64,000 bases of DNA from Candidatus Krumholzibacteriia bacterium (GCA_050174015.1 JBFXKG010000007.1:64001-128000); one strand, 5' to 3'; positions 9,342-22,237 are shown, numbered from the stretch's first letter. Translations and numbers: made by a program. Notes: generated by a model not told the origin, from the letters alone.

Positions 9342-10955
9342 ATGTCCCGCGGCCCGTTGCTCAGCCTGCTGCTGGCCGCCGCCGTCCTGGCGGCGGCCGG
9401 GTTCTTCCTGCGCGGTTACACCACCGACGACACCTTCATCCACCTGCGCTACGCCGAGAACCTGCTCGAGCGGGGCGAGTTCTCCTTCAATCCCGGCGAG
9501 CGCTCCTACGGCGCCACCAGCCCCCTGTGGATCTTCGGCCTCGCCCTGCTTTTGACCCTGGGCGCGCCGCCCCTGCTGGCCGCCTGGCTGCTGGGCGCCC
9601 TGTGCGGGCTGCTGGTGGTCCTGCTGATCTGGAGCATGGTGGGGCGGCTCGAGCTGCCCCCGGCCTGGGGGGCCGCGGTCCTGCTGCTCGCGGCCGGCGA
9701 CGTCTGGTTCCTGCGCTGGTCCTTTTCGGGGATGGAGACGCCCCTGGCCACCGCCCTGTTGCTGGTCATGGTGTGGCCCCTGATCCATCGCGGCGGTCTG
9801 CCCGCCGGCCCGGGCGTCTGGCGTCTGCACCTGGCCTGGGGCGTGGCGGCGGGTCTGGCCGCCCTGACCCGGCCCGAGTTCATGGTGATCGTCCCGCTGG
9901 CCTGGCCCTGGCTCACCTGGGCGGGCGGAGGGGGGTCACGGTCGGCGGGGACGCCGCTGATTGCCCGGCTGGGCGCGGCGGTCGCGGGCTGGCTGGTGGT
10001 GATGGGCCCCTGGCTGGCCTATGCCTGGAGCGCCTTCGGGCGATTGACCCCCGGCACCGCCAGCGCCAAGAGCGCCGCGGCCACCCTGGATCCGCTGGTG
10101 ATGGGCGGCTACCTGTGGCAGAGCGCCAAGGTCCTGGGGCTGACCCAGGGCGTGATGTGGTTGGCCCTGGCGGCCCTGGCTGCGGTCCTGGCGTTGCGGA
10201 ACCGTCTCCCTGCCCCGGGAGTGGACGCGTCCGCCGCTCCGGCGTTCCGCCGGGACGTCGCCCTGGCCGGGATCGCGATGACCTGGGCGGCGGCGCTGAT
10301 GGGCGGATACGCCGCCAAGCAGGTCTGGATCATCTCCCGCTACATCTGCCCGCTCGCTCCGGTCCTGCTGCTGGCCGCCGCGGTCCTGGCCCGCCGCCTT
10401 GCGGCCGGGTCGCCGGGAGGGACGCGAGTCGCCGCCTCGATCCTGGGACCGGCGGCGATCGTGACGCTGGCAGTCAACGCGGCGGTGTTCACGGACCAGG
10501 TGGTGCCCCACGCCCGCACCTTCCCATTGGGGATCAAGGAATGCTACGTGGGAATGGGGGAGTGGATCCGGGACAACGCCGAGCAGGACGCGGTGGTGGC
10601 GGCCCTGGACATCGGAGCGGTCGGCTACGCAAGCGGGCGAAGGGTCCTGGATTTGATGGGTCTGGTCAGCCCCGAGGTGCTCGCCGTGGGCCTGGAGATG
10701 GGCTTCCAGGACATGGTGACCGGCGGGGCCTGGCTGGAGATCGGGGGCGGAGACGACTCGCGTCCGGACTACTTCATCGACCGCAGCGAAGGGGAGCCCC
10801 GGTGGGAGGGTCGGACGGTCCGCGGGGTGCGTTTCGAACTGCTGGACACCTGCGAGATCGCCGGGGTGGGGTTGCGCGAACCCCAGCCCTGGACTGTCGC
10901 CCTCTACCGCCTGATCCCCTCGGAGACCCGGACGAGGCCCTCGGCCGGCGGATAG
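9342..10955 (+). CDS. Polytopic membrane glycosyltransferase (GT-C-like)
   Basis: DDTFIHLRYAENL...FN.GE...GATSPLW, SGMETPL, LTRPE, DIGAVGY...LDLMGL; many TM segments. Confidence 0.75.
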   Translation: MSRGPLLSLLLAAAVLAAAGFFLRGYTTDDTFIHLRYAENLLERGEFSFNPGERSYGATSPLWIFGLALLLTLGAPPLLAAWLLGALCGLLVVLLIWSMVGRLELPPAWGAAVLLLAAGDVWFLRWSFSGMETPLATALLLVMVWPLIHRGGLPAGPGVWRLHLAWGVAAGLAALTRPEFMVIVPLAWPWLTWAGGGGSRSAGTPLIARLGAAVAGWLVVMGPWLAYAWSAFGRLTPGTASAKSAAATLDPLVMGGYLWQSAKVLGLTQGVMWLALAALAAVLALRNRLPAPGVDASAAPAFRRDVALAGIAMTWAAALMGGYAAKQVWIISRYICPLAPVLLLAAAVLARRLAAGSPGGTRVAASILGPAAIVTLAVNAAVFTDQVVPHARTFPLGIKECYVGMGEWIRDNAEQDAVVAALDIGAVGYASGRRVLDLMGLVSPEVLAVGLEMGFQDMVTGGAWLEIGGGDDSRPDYFIDRSEGEPRWEGRTVRGVRFELLDTCEIAGVGLREPQPWTVALYRLIPSETRTRPSAGG

Positions 10956-12178
10956 CTCTCGGCCTTGAGCCGCTTGATGATCAGCAGGCTCGCGTCGTCA
11001 TCCAGGGGCTGGTTGTCCCCGAACTTCCGCACCCGGTCGAGGATCCGGCAGGCGACGTCCTCGGCGGGCAGGTCCATCAGCTCCAGGCCGGCCTCGATCA
11101 GGCTCTCCCTCCCGAATTCCCGCAACCCCTGGTCCTGGACCAGGCCGCCGGTCGTCTTCCGTTCGGTCACGCCGTCCGTGTACATGATCAGCATCTCGCC
11201 GGGCCGCAGGTTGACGTAGTTGCGGCGGTAGACGGCTTCGGGCAGGGGGCCGAGCACCGGGCCGCAGGTCTTCAGCTCGAAGACCTCCTGCTGGGGGGTC
11301 AGCAGCAGGGGCTGGCAGTGGCCGCCGTTGACGTAGGCGAAGTTGCCCGTGTCCTCGAGCTCGCCGTAGAACAGCGAGATGAACCGGCTGGCCAGCCCGC
11401 TCTGGTGGATGACCCGGTTCAGGCGGCTGACGGTCGCGGTGATCTTCTCGTCCTTGGCCTGGCCCATGCGCATGCCGATGACCACGTCGCGGGCCTGCAG
11501 GGCGGCGGGCAGGCCGTGGCCCGAGGCGTCGGCGAGCATCACCCCCAGCACCCCTTCCTCCACGCGCTGGAGGTCGTAGACGTCGCCGCCGACCTCCTCG
11601 GCGGGCAACGAGACCGCCGCGATGTCGAAGCCCTTGAGCTCGGGCAGGTGGGACGGCAGCAGGGAGGCCTGGATGGTCCGCGCCTGCTTCATCTGGTTGG
11701 CCAGGGCCTGCTCCCTCAGCTTCAGGCCCACCGCGGCGCGCAGGGTCTCCAGCAGCACCAGCAGCTGGCTCTCGCTGCCGTGGTGGCGGATGCCCAGGCT
11801 GAGGATGTAGGCGGGGTCGCGGCCGACGAGGATGGCGGCCGAATCCATGTCGCTGAACTGGGACTCCACCTGGGGGTCGAAGCCTGGCGTCTCGGGCGAG
11901 ATCAGCCACAGGCGTCGGCGCTGGATGTCCTGCACCACCTGGTAGTCCTTGCTGACGGTCTTGCCGGTGATCTGGGGCCCGTGGCCGCTGACGCTCCTGA
12001 TCAGCAGGTAGTCCTGTTCGCGTTCGCGGTACAGCCGGCCGCTGACCACGCCGAGGGCCTGCATGTCGTCGCTCTCGACCAGCTGGAAGAGGATGTCCTC
12101 GAGCATCTGCTCGTCGCCGGCGGAACTGTCGATCTTCTCGAACAGCTTCTCCACCATGCGGTAAAGTTTCTTGGGCAA
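10904..12178 (-). CDS. PP2C/SpoIIE (RsbU-like) phosphatase with N-terminal GAF-like region
   Basis: AR.IQ.SLLP, VGGD.YD, ADASGHGLPAAL, VNGGH, YTDGVTE, DDASL. Confidence 0.92.
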   Translation of the reverse strand: MPKKLYRMVEKLFEKIDSSAGDEQMLEDILFQLVESDDMQALGVVSGRLYREREQDYLLIRSVSGHGPQITGKTVSKDYQVVQDIQRRRLWLISPETPGFDPQVESQFSDMDSAAILVGRDPAYILSLGIRHHGSESQLLVLLETLRAAVGLKLREQALANQMKQARTIQASLLPSHLPELKGFDIAAVSLPAEEVGGDVYDLQRVEEGVLGVMLADASGHGLPAALQARDVVIGMRMGQAKDEKITATVSRLNRVIHQSGLASRFISLFYGELEDTGNFAYVNGGHCQPLLLTPQQEVFELKTCGPVLGPLPEAVYRRNYVNLRPGEMLIMYTDGVTERKTTGGLVQDQGLREFGRESLIEAGLELMDLPAEDVACRILDRVRKFGDNQPLDDDASLLIIKRLKAESYPPAEGLVRVSEGIRR

Positions 12179-12412
12179 GGCCTGCTCCTCGTCGACGGGA
12201 ATCGGAATCGAGCGTCAATAGTAATGCCTTACGCGGGGAATTGCCCGTAAGTTCTCCGCCAAATTCCCTGCCCCGGAAATTGGGCGGAACCCCCGCCCCA
12301 GGCTGGACGTTCCGGTCGGGTGGGCCTATCGTCTACCCTGGACCGATCATGAATCATCCAGGCCTGGGCCGCCCGACACCCCTGGAAACCGTGTGAACCG
12401 AAAGGACCGGCC

Positions 12413-13392
<980 letters not shown>

Positions 13393-13396
<4 letters not shown>

Positions 13397-14289
13397 GCAG
13401 CCACCTGCTCAGCCCCGAGACCGTCGGTCGGATCGGCCGGCTGGATCTGATCGCCCGCCTGGTGGTCGAGGGGTTCCTGACGGGTCTGCACAAGAGCCCC
13501 TACCACGGCTTCAGCGCCGAGTTCGCCGAGTACCGCCAGTACATCCCCGGGGAACCGGTGCTGAACATGGACTGGCGGGTCTACGCCAAGACCGACCGCC
13601 ATTACCTGAAGGTGTTCACCGAGGAGACCAACCTGAGGGCCACCATCCTGGTGGATTGCTCGGCCAGCATGGACTTCCGCGGCGATGACCGGCTGCCCAC
13701 CAAGAAGACCTATGCCGGGTACCTGGCGTCGGCCCTCAGCTACCTGCTGCTCCGCCAGAACGACGCGGTGGGGCTGGTGACCTTCGACGAGGCGCCCCTG
13801 GCGGTGGTGCCCGCGCGCTCGGTGCGCCGCCAGCTCTTCCAGGTCCTCAAGGTGCTCGACGACCTGCCGCCGGGCCGCGGGACCGATCTGGGCGAGGTCC
13901 TGCACCGGGTGGCCGAGCGCATCCCCCGCCGGGGTCTGGTCCTGCTGCTGAGCGACATGCTGGACGAGTCGGCGAAGATCGTCGATGGCCTGAAGCACTT
14001 CCGGCACCGCGGCCACGAGGTGGTGGCGTTCCAGATCCTCGACCCCCGCGAGCTGGACCTGGGCTTCGACGGCGAGGTGGAGTTCGAGGCCATGGAGCAG
14101 CCAGGCCGGAAGGTCCGGCTGGAGCCCGCCCACCTGCGGGACGGCTACCAGCGGCGATTCGACGGTTGGCGCGCCGATCTGCGGCGCGAGTGCCGCGGCC
14201 AGAGGGTCGACCTCGTCGAGGTCACCACCGACACGCCTTTCGCCAAGAGCCTGGCGGCCTACCTTCAGAAACGGCGGCGGTTGTACTGA
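13393..14289 (+). CDS. DUF58 (vWA) protein of MoxR operon
   Basis: G.H.S...[32 protein letters not shown]; overlaps the MoxR stop. Confidence 0.92.
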
Positions 14290-16418
14290 TGCCGATCTCC
14301 TTCGCCAACCCGCTGCTGCTGTTCGGCGCCCTGGGGGCGTCGCTGCCGGTGATCATCCACTTCCTGAGCCGGCGGCGGGTCCGGAGGCGGATGTTCAGCG
14401 ACCTGCGTTTCCTCTCGGAGGTCCAGTCCCGTCAAGCTCGCAGCCTGGGCATCCGGCGCTGGATCCTGCTGCTGTTGCGGGTGCTGGCCATCCTGTGCCT
14501 GGTCCTGGCCGTGGCCGGGCCTCGCTGGGGTGGGGCATCGGGAGGGGCCCGGGACCGTTCGGTCCTGTTCGTCATCGACACCAGCGCCAGCATGAACACC
14601 CAGATGGACCAGGGCACGCGGCTCGATGCCGCCGTCGAGGCCTGCCGCGCCATGATCGCCTCCCTTCCCGGCCAGACGACCGTCCAGGTGATGGCCGCAG
14701 GCGGGGTGATCCTGCCCCTGTTCGCCGACTGGATCCCGGCGGGTTCGGTGCCCGGCGACGCCCTCGAAGGCATCCGGCCCACCGATGGTTCGTTCGAGCT
14801 GGGGGACGTCCTCCAGCAGGCCGCCGGTCCGGTGGCGCGGGCCCCCGCAGCGGCTGTCGACCTGGTCCTGCTCAGCGACCTGCAGAAGATCCGGGCCATC
14901 CCCGACCTCGAGGAGGCGGTCGCGCGCCTGCAGGCCGCCCGACCCGTCAAGGTTCTGGTCTCGCGGATCGGGGTCGATGCGCCCGGAGGGGCCGTCCTGG
15001 CCGTGGAGATGCCCCAGCGCGCCCTGCGCCCGGGCGAGACCATCGCGCTGGAGGTGGTGGCCCTCCCTGATCATCCCGACCAGACCTTCGTCCTGGAGTT
15101 CGACGGGTTGCCGGTCGCCGAGACGGTGGCCGCCGGTCCCGCCCAGGGGGTCAGGAGGCTCGCGTTTTCCCTGACGGTCCCCGGACCGGGCGTCCACCGG
15201 GGCCTCGTGCGCAAGGAAAGCGACCGCCTGCCCCAGGACGACGCCCTGCCCTTCATCCTCAACGTGCCTCCGGCCCTGGAGGTGATCCTGGCGCACGGGG
15301 CGGACCGTCCGGCCGACGGCGCTCCCGGCCGGGGCGGCAGGCGCTTCCTGGAGCAGGCGCTGGCTCCCCAGGGTTCGCGGTCCCAGTTCCGGGTCCGGCC
15401 GATCCCGAGCGGGGATCTGGCCACAGGGGACCTGGCCGCCGCCGGCCTCCTGGCGCTGGTCGATCCCGATCCCCTGGGCCGCCGCAATCTCGAAGGGGTG
15501 ATCGCCTGGGTCCGGGGCGGCGGATCGCTGCTGCTGGTGGCCGGGGACCCCACCCTGCAGGGGTATCTCGCCGAGACCCTGCTGCCGGCCCTGGGACTGC
15601 CGGGGGAGGGCACGGTCTTCAGGAACGAGGAATCAGGGAACGGGCGCCGCATGCGCCTGGTGACCAACGGCCATCCCGTGGTCCAGGGTTTTCCTGCCGA
15701 GGCTCTGGGAACCCTCCAGGACGCCGTCTGGCGCCGCTGGTTCCGGATCCGCGAAGGCGACGCGCGGCCTCTGCTGACCCTGGCCGGAGGCGATCCCATC
15801 CTGCTGGAAGGGGATCTCGGCGAAGGGCGGTTCGCCGTCCTGGCCGCCAACTTCAGGCCGGAAAGCGGGACCTTCGCCACCGGGGCCATGGCCCTGCCGA
15901 CCATGCAGCGCCTGGCCGCCTGGCTGGCCGGCGCCGGCTTGCTCCAGGAATCGGGCAACGTGGTCGCGGGCCAGGAGGCCACCATCGCCCTGGCGGTTCC
16001 GGGCGCCGTCGCCGGGCTGGGCAGCACGCCGATCCAGGCGATCCACCCCGGGAAGGACGACGTGCGTCCGGCCAGGATCGACTGGCGAGCAGGCCGGCCC
16101 GTCCTGGCCGGGGGCACGGCCGTCAGGACCGGATTCGTGACCTTCGTGGGGGACGGGGACACCCTGGCCTCGGTGGCGGTGGCCACGCCCGGAGCCGAGT
16201 CGGGCCGATCCCTCCTGGAGCCCCGCGAATGGCGGGAACTCATGCGTTTGCACGGTTTGCCGGTCACCGGCGATCTGACCGGGACCGCCCCGGGAGACTT
16301 CGCAACCGCCCTGGTGGGCCGCAACCTCGCGCCCTGGTTGCTGCTGGTGACGGTGCTGCTGCTGCTGGTCGAACTTCACGTGGGCCGGGGTGTTTCTCCG
16401 GCCCCCTCTCCCGCGTAG
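14289..16418 (+). CDS. BatA-domain / vWA membrane protein
   Basis: Starts at TGATG overlap; F.NP.LL.G......PVIIHFL, LLLLR.LA...L.LA..GP, DTSASM MIDAS motif, C-terminal TM. Confidence 0.85.
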   Translation: MPISFANPLLLFGALGASLPVIIHFLSRRRVRRRMFSDLRFLSEVQSRQARSLGIRRWILLLLRVLAILCLVLAVAGPRWGGASGGARDRSVLFVIDTSASMNTQMDQGTRLDAAVEACRAMIASLPGQTTVQVMAAGGVILPLFADWIPAGSVPGDALEGIRPTDGSFELGDVLQQAAGPVARAPAAAVDLVLLSDLQKIRAIPDLEEAVARLQAARPVKVLVSRIGVDAPGGAVLAVEMPQRALRPGETIALEVVALPDHPDQTFVLEFDGLPVAETVAAGPAQGVRRLAFSLTVPGPGVHRGLVRKESDRLPQDDALPFILNVPPALEVILAHGADRPADGAPGRGGRRFLEQALAPQGSRSQFRVRPIPSGDLATGDLAAAGLLALVDPDPLGRRNLEGVIAWVRGGGSLLLVAGDPTLQGYLAETLLPALGLPGEGTVFRNEESGNGRRMRLVTNGHPVVQGFPAEALGTLQDAVWRRWFRIREGDARPLLTLAGGDPILLEGDLGEGRFAVLAANFRPESGTFATGAMALPTMQRLAAWLAGAGLLQESGNVVAGQEATIALAVPGAVAGLGSTPIQAIHPGKDDVRPARIDWRAGRPVLAGGTAVRTGFVTFVGDGDTLASVAVATPGAESGRSLLEPREWRELMRLHGLPVTGDLTGTAPGDFATALVGRNLAPWLLLVTVLLLLVELHVGRGVSPAPSPA

Positions 16419-16512
16419 TTGATAATTGCTGTTTTTGGTCTACTTTTCTTCCAGGGACGGCTCCGCCGCGGGGCCGGCTGCCCGCGTTCGGTCCGGTGCC
16501 AAAGGAACGTCC

Positions 16513-17448
16513 ATGTGGAACTACTCCGAAAAAGTCTTCGACCATTTCATGAATCCCCGCAACGTCGGGGAAATCGAGGAAGCCGACGGGGTCGGTGAAG
16601 TCGGGTCCATGGCCTGCGGTGACGCCCTGCGCCTGACCTTCAAGCTGGGCCCGGACGGCCGCATCGCCGACGCCAGGTTCCAGACCTTCGGTTGCGGCAG
16701 CGCCATCGCCAGCAGCAGCATGCTGACCGAGATGATCAAGGGCAAGACCCTCGAGGAGGCGGCCCGGATCACCAACGAGGACATCGCCGCCGAACTGGGC
16801 GGGCTGCCGCGCGAGAAGATGCACTGCTCGGTCATGGGGCGGGAGGCCCTCGAGGCGGCCATGATCGACTACTACAAGCGCCTGGGGCGCGGGGTGCCCT
16901 GCGACCTGCTGCACAAGGAGACCCTCCTGTGCCACTGCTTCCAGGTCAGCAAGGACACCGTCCGGCAGGCCATCTTCGACCATCGCCTGACCGAGATCGA
17001 GGACGTGACCAACTACACCAAGGCCGGCGGAGGCTGCACCGACTGCCATCACGACATCGCGGACCTGATCCGCGACTGCTGGGAGAAGATCGACCGGGGG
17101 GATGCTCCACAGCCCAAGGGGGCCGAGAAGCTGGTGCAACTGGGGACCGTGCCCCCGGCCCCGGCTGCGGTCGCCGCCGCCGCTCCCGTCGCAGCGCCCG
17201 CCGATCCCGCCGCCGATCCCCTGGTCGCGCGCATCAAGGAGCTGCTCAACAACGACATCGCCGTCGCCCTGCGCAACGACGGCGGCGACATCGAATTCAT
17301 CCGCTACCAGGACAAGAAGGTCTTCGTGCGCCTGACCGGGGCCTGCGCCGCCTGCCGCGCCTCGGACGCCACCATCAAGGGCTTCGTCCAGTCCCAGCTC
17401 CGCGAGTTCATCGACCCCGGACTCGAGGTGATCGAGGTGAACAGCTGA
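16513..17448 (+). CDS. nifU: Fe-S cluster scaffold NifU (IscU + BFD-like [2Fe-2S] + Nfu domains)
   Basis: YSEKV.DHFMNPRNVG, ACGD, FGCGSAIAS, KMHCS; C.CF...KAGGGC..C; DGGDIE...GAC..C. Confidence 0.95.
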   Translation: MWNYSEKVFDHFMNPRNVGEIEEADGVGEVGSMACGDALRLTFKLGPDGRIADARFQTFGCGSAIASSSMLTEMIKGKTLEEAARITNEDIAAELGGLPREKMHCSVMGREALEAAMIDYYKRLGRGVPCDLLHKETLLCHCFQVSKDTVRQAIFDHRLTEIEDVTNYTKAGGGCTDCHHDIADLIRDCWEKIDRGDAPQPKGAEKLVQLGTVPPAPAAVAAAAPVAAPADPAADPLVARIKELLNNDIAVALRNDGGDIEFIRYQDKKVFVRLTGACAACRASDATIKGFVQSQLREFIDPGLEVIEVNS

Positions 17449-18680
17449 TGAACGAGGCCCCCGGCACCTTCAATCTCATGGACGGCCTGCCGCCCCGGCC
17501 CGCCAAGGGCGTCTACTTCGACAACAACGCCACCACGCCGGTGGCCCCCGAGGTCGTCGCGGCCATGGTGCCACTGCTCGAGGACGGGTTCGGCAATCCC
17601 TCCAGCATGCACTCCTTCGGCGCCCGCGCCGGGGACGAGGTCGCCGCGGCGCGGGACAAGGTCGCCGCCTTGCTGGGGGCCTCCGCGGCCAACGAGATCG
17701 TCTTCACCGGCGGCGGCAGCGAGAGCGACAACCTGGCCATCGTGGGCACCCTCCACGCCAACCCCGAAAAGCGGCACATCGTGACCACCGCGGTGGAGCA
17801 CCCGGCGGTGCTGGGGCTCTGCCGGGACCTGGAGAAGCGCCACGGCTACGAGGTGACCTTCCTGGGCGTGGACGGGCTCGGCCGCCTGGATCCCGACGAG
17901 CTGCGCGCCTCCCTGAGGGACGACACGGCCATCGTCTCGATCATGATGGCCAACAACGAGACCGGGGTGCTGTTCGACAGCGAGGCCCTGGGAGCCATCG
18001 TCAAGGAACGGGGTGTCGTCTACCACGTGGATGCGGTCCAGGCCGCGGGCAAGCTGCCCCTGGACATGCGGTCATCCACCATCGACCTGCTGTCGATCTC
18101 GGGGCACAAGCTGCATGCGGCCAAGGGCGTGGGCGCCCTCTACGTGCGCAGGGGCACCAAGATCCGCCCCCTGATCGTGGGGGGCCACCAGGAACGCGGC
18201 CGCCGGGCCGGCACCGAGAACGTCCCGGCCATCGCCGGGCTCGGCGTGGCCTGCGACCTGGCCGCCGCCCACCGGGAGGCCGAGGACACCGCCGTGCGCG
18301 CCATGCGGGACCGCCTGGAGGCCGGCCTGCTTGCGGCCATCCCCGACGCCAGGGCGAACGGCGATCCGGAGCGGCGGCTGCCCAACACCACGAACATCAG
18401 CTTCCAGTACATCGAGGGCGAGGGCATCCTGCTGCTGCTCGACCGGGCCGGCGTGGCCGCGAGCAGCGGTTCGGCCTGCACCAGCGGCAGCCTCGAGCCG
18501 TCCCACGTCCTGCGGGCCATGGGCCTGCCGTTCACCCTGGCCCACGGTTCCATCCGCTTCTCGCTTTCGCGCTACAACACCGCCGAGGAAGTGGATTACG
18601 TGATCAAGGTGCTGCCCCCCATCGTGGAACGGCTACGCATGATCACCCCCTTCAACGCCGACCGGGCGACCTTCGGCTAG
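17448..18680 (+). CDS. nifS: Cysteine desulfurase NifS
   Basis: YFDNNATT, GNPSS.H, ANNETG, HVDAVQ, SGHKLH, SSGSACTSG; coupled to nifU. Confidence 0.95.
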   Translation: MNEAPGTFNLMDGLPPRPAKGVYFDNNATTPVAPEVVAAMVPLLEDGFGNPSSMHSFGARAGDEVAAARDKVAALLGASAANEIVFTGGGSESDNLAIVGTLHANPEKRHIVTTAVEHPAVLGLCRDLEKRHGYEVTFLGVDGLGRLDPDELRASLRDDTAIVSIMMANNETGVLFDSEALGAIVKERGVVYHVDAVQAAGKLPLDMRSSTIDLLSISGHKLHAAKGVGALYVRRGTKIRPLIVGGHQERGRRAGTENVPAIAGLGVACDLAAAHREAEDTAVRAMRDRLEAGLLAAIPDARANGDPERRLPNTTNISFQYIEGEGILLLLDRAGVAASSGSACTSGSLEPSHVLRAMGLPFTLAHGSIRFSLSRYNTAEEVDYVIKVLPPIVERLRMITPFNADRATFG

Positions 18681-18707
18681 CCGCCGGGCGAGGGCCCTGC
18701 GGATGGG

Positions 18708-21700
18708 ATGACAATGGAGACCAACGCGCCTGCGTGCAGCGGGTCCGACCGGGGTCGGGGACTGCTGCACGCTGCTCTCGTGGACACCGTCGCCGGCGAG
18801 GGCCTGCTCGAGGCCGCCGCCAGGGTGGAGTCCGCCCTGCGCGCCCTGCCTTCACCCCCGGCGCCCCTGCTGGTCAGCGGCCTGAACGGGGGGGCGACGC
18901 CTGCCCTGCTGGCCGCCCTGGCCCAGCAGACCGGCCGCGGCGCCCTGCTCGTGGCTCCGGACCGCAAGTCCTCCGAGCAGCTGGCCGACGACCTGGAGAT
19001 CTGGCTGGGCCCCGCGAACGTGGTCTATCTCCCCCAGCAGGACGTGCTGGCCTTCGACCGCAACTCGCCCGAGCCCGCCATGGTCGGGGACTTCTTTCTC
19101 GGGCTGGACCGCATCCGCGGCGGAACCGATGCGGTGATCGTCACCTCCCTGGCCGCCTTGCGTCAGCGCATCATGGCCCCGGGTGACCTCCTGCGGGCCA
19201 CCCTGCGCCTCAGGTGCGACCAGCGGGTGGACATCGGCGCCCTGTGCGTCCAGCTCGTGCAGAGGGGCTACAGGCCGGCGGGGATGGTCGCCAAGGTCGG
19301 GGACTTCGCCCGCCGCGGCGGGCTCCTGGACGTGTTCACGCCGGGGGACCAGCCCCTGCGCATCGAGTTCTTCGACGACGAGATCGTCTCCATCCGCAGA
19401 TTCGAGGTCGAATCCCAGCGCACCACCGACCGCAGCCAGGAAGCGGTGATCCTGCCGGTCAGCCATCTGCTGATCGACGACGACGCCGTCCTGGCGTGCC
19501 TGTCCCGCCTGGAGGCCAGGCTGGCCGAGGCCGGGGAGGAGGCCGACCAGGACCAGATCCACGACCTCGAAGCGCGGCTGGAGGACCGCCTGGTCGACGA
19601 CGGCCTGGAGTCCTACCTGCCCTGGCTGGGGGCCTCGGCCCTGCTGACGGACTACCTGCCCGAAGGGCTGCGCATCTTCTGGATCGATCCGGTGCGCCTG
19701 AAGGAGCAGTCCGAACTGCTGGACGGCGAGATGCCTCGCCTGCGCGAAGGCCGCCTGGACCGGGAGCCCTTCATGCCGGAGCTGGAGGAGATGGTCGAGC
19801 CGGCCGAGCGCCTGGGGCTGCCCCGGTTCACCCATGCCTTCGTGACGGGGTCCTGGATCGCCGGGGATCCGGCCGGGCGCTGGCTCGGCTTCGAGCCCGG
19901 CGCCCAGATCGCCTTCAGGACCGGCGGCCAGGAACTCAGGGGCGGCGACGTGACCCGCCTGCGCGATGACCTGTGCCGCAGGGAGGCGGACGGCCAGGCG
20001 GTCCTGCTGGTCTGCGACAACCAGGGCCAGGCGGACCGGTTGACCGACCTGATCGACGACACCGACGGGATCCCGCCGGCCACGCGGCCCCTGGTGGGCG
20101 CCCTGTCCGCGGGGTTCGACTGGCCGGAAGCCCGGCTGGCCGTGGTGACCGACCACGAGTTCTTCGACCGCTACCGCAGGCCCGTGCGCGTCCGCCACCG
20201 CAGCAGCGGGCTGGTGAAGGAACGGGCCTCCCTCCGCCCGGGCGAGTACGTCGTTCATCTGGAATACGGCATCGGCCGCTACCGGGGCCTGGAGGTCATC
20301 ACCGTCGAGGGCGCCCAGCGCGAGTGCCTGGTCGTGGAGTACGCCGAGGACGGCAAGGTCTACGTCCCGGTCGAGAACATCGACCAGATCGAGCGGTACA
20401 GTTCCGATCAGGGCGCCTCGCCGCCGCTGGCGCGCCTGGGGTCCGGCAGCTGGCTCAAGGTCAAGGGCCGGGCGAGCAAGGCGATCCGGGCCATGGCCGC
20501 CGAGCTCATGGAGATCTACGCCGCGCGGCGGGCCCGGCCGGGCCACGCCTTCCCGCCCGATTCCCCCATGCAGAAGGCTCTGGACGAGTCGTTCCTGTAC
20601 GACGAGACCCCCGACCAGGTCACGGCCATCGCGGAGGTCAAGCGCGACATGGAGGACAGCCAGCCCATGGACCGCCTCGTGTGCGGCGACGTGGGTTTCG
20701 GGAAGACCGAGGTGGCCATCCGGGCGGCCTTCAAGGCGGTGACCGCGGGCAAGCAGGTGGCGGTGCTCTGCCCGACCACCCTGCTGGCCCAGCAGCACGG
20801 CGAGACCTTCGGGGAGCGGTACCGGGACTTCCCCGTGCGGGTCGAGACCATCAGCCGCTTCCGCACGCCGGCCGAACAGAAAGACATCCTGGACCGTTGC
20901 GCGGCCGGCAAGGTCGATCTGCTGGTCGGCACCCACCGGCTGCTGTCGCGGGACGTGCGGTTCAAGGACCTGGGCCTGCTGGTGATCGACGAGGAGCAGC
21001 GGTTCGGGGTCAAGCACAAGGAACGCATCAAGGAGCTGAAGCGGCAGGTCGACGTGATCACGCTCAGCGCCACGCCCATCCCGCGCACCCTCTACCTGGC
21101 CCTCATGGGGGCCAGGGACATGTCGCTGATCAACACCCCGCCGCGGGACCGTCTGCCCATCCACACCGAGCTGTGCGCCTTCAGCAAGCAGATCCTGGTG
21201 GAGGCCATCCTGCGCGAGCTCCACCGCGGGGGGCAGGTCTTCTTCGTCCACAACCGGGTGCAGACCATCGAGGGGACCGCCCAGCTGATCCGCGAGCTGC
21301 TGCCCAACGTGCGGGTGGCCTGGGCGCACGGGCAGATGAAGGAGGAGAAGCTCGAGAGGATCATGACCGACTTCCTCGCCCACGAGTTCGACGTGCTCGT
21401 GGCCACGGCGATCATCGAGTCGGGTCTGGACATGCCGCGGGTCAACACCATCATCATCGACCGCGCGGACCGCTTCGGACTGGCCCAGCTCTACCAGCTG
21501 CGGGGCCGGGTGGGCCGCAGCAATCACCGCGCCTTCGCCTACCTGATGACCCCCCCGGGAGAGCGCCTGACCCCGGACGCCCGCCGCCGCCTGGCCGCCC
21601 TCGAGGAATTCCAGGCCCTCGGTTCGGGCTACCACATCGCCATGCGGGACCTGGAGATCCGCGGCGCCGGCAACCTGCTGGGCGAGGAGCAGCACGGCCA

Positions 21701-22235
21701 CATGGAGGCCATCGGATTCGACCTGTACTGCCGCCTCCTGGAGGAAACGGTGGCGGAACTTCAGGGCGGCGGCGGTGTTGCACCGCTGGACGTGAAGGTG
21801 GATCTGCGGGTAAGCGCTTTCCTGCCCGACGATTACGTCGGGGATCCCCAGCAGAAGATGGATCTCTACCGGCGGGTGGCCAGGCTGCGCAAGCAGGCCG
21901 GATGCCAGAGGATGGCGGAGGAATTCAGGGACCGTTACGGGCGGATGCCCGCGCCCGTGGAGAACCTGCTGGACATCCAGCGGTTGCGGATCCTGGCCGG
22001 GTCGGCCGGCGTCGCCGAGATCAAGGCCACGCGGCAGGGAGTGGATTTCTTTTTCGCTGGCGGGCAGGAACCGCCCCCGCCTATAATTCAGGGCTTGATG
22101 GAATCAGGCCCCCAAGGCCTCAAATTCAAGGCCGTCGATCAATTCATCATGAAGGTGCCCGCCGCCAGGGAGGAACAACTGGTGGTGGCCGCGGTCATGC
22201 TCGAACGTCTGCTCGAGCTGCGTGACAAGGAGTGA
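18708..22235 (+). CDS. mfd: Transcription-repair coupling factor
   Basis: UvrB-homology N-terminus, RID domain (VVH..YGIGRY), [31 protein letters not shown] motif. Confidence 0.97.
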   Translation: MTMETNAPACSGSDRGRGLLHAALVDTVAGEGLLEAAARVESALRALPSPPAPLLVSGLNGGATPALLAALAQQTGRGALLVAPDRKSSEQLADDLEIWLGPANVVYLPQQDVLAFDRNSPEPAMVGDFFLGLDRIRGGTDAVIVTSLAALRQRIMAPGDLLRATLRLRCDQRVDIGALCVQLVQRGYRPAGMVAKVGDFARRGGLLDVFTPGDQPLRIEFFDDEIVSIRRFEVESQRTTDRSQEAVILPVSHLLIDDDAVLACLSRLEARLAEAGEEADQDQIHDLEARLEDRLVDDGLESYLPWLGASALLTDYLPEGLRIFWIDPVRLKEQSELLDGEMPRLREGRLDREPFMPELEEMVEPAERLGLPRFTHAFVTGSWIAGDPAGRWLGFEPGAQIAFRTGGQELRGGDVTRLRDDLCRREADGQAVLLVCDNQGQADRLTDLIDDTDGIPPATRPLVGALSAGFDWPEARLAVVTDHEFFDRYRRPVRVRHRSSGLVKERASLRPGEYVVHLEYGIGRYRGLEVITVEGAQRECLVVEYAEDGKVYVPVENIDQIERYSSDQGASPPLARLGSGSWLKVKGRASKAIRAMAAELMEIYAARRARPGHAFPPDSPMQKALDESFLYDETPDQVTAIAEVKRDMEDSQPMDRLVCGDVGFGKTEVAIRAAFKAVTAGKQVAVLCPTTLLAQQHGETFGERYRDFPVRVETISRFRTPAEQKDILDRCAAGKVDLLVGTHRLLSRDVRFKDLGLLVIDEEQRFGVKHKERIKELKRQVDVITLSATPIPRTLYLALMGARDMSLINTPPRDRLPIHTELCAFSKQILVEAILRELHRGGQVFFVHNRVQTIEGTAQLIRELLPNVRVAWAHGQMKEEKLERIMTDFLAHEFDVLVATAIIESGLDMPRVNTIIIDRADRFGLAQLYQLRGRVGRSNHRAFAYLMTPPGERLTPDARRRLAALEEFQALGSGYHIAMRDLEIRGAGNLLGEEQHGHMEAIGFDLYCRLLEETVAELQGGGGVAPLDVKVDLRVSAFLPDDYVGDPQQKMDLYRRVARLRKQAGCQRMAEEFRDRYGRMPAPVENLLDIQRLRILAGSAGVAEIKATRQGVDFFFAGGQEPPPPIIQGLMESGPQGLKFKAVDQFIMKVPAAREEQLVVAAVMLERLLELRDKE

Positions 22236-22237
22236 AC

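Noticed and set aside
10904..10955. 52-bp convergent overlap of the GT-C and PP2C genes
   Set aside because: Short tail-to-tail overlaps are common in GC-rich genomes.
16513..18680. Nitrogen fixation inferred from nifU/nifS
   Set aside because: No nifHDK in the window; NifUS commonly serve general Fe-S assembly in anaerobes.
18852..21701. 949-aa minus-strand ORF and similar long shadow or alternate-frame ORFs (e.g. 9527-12250, 37101-39311, 58106-60457)
   Set aside because: They overlap well-supported genes; low-complexity Arg/Pro/Gly or antisense-typical composition caused by GC3 bias.
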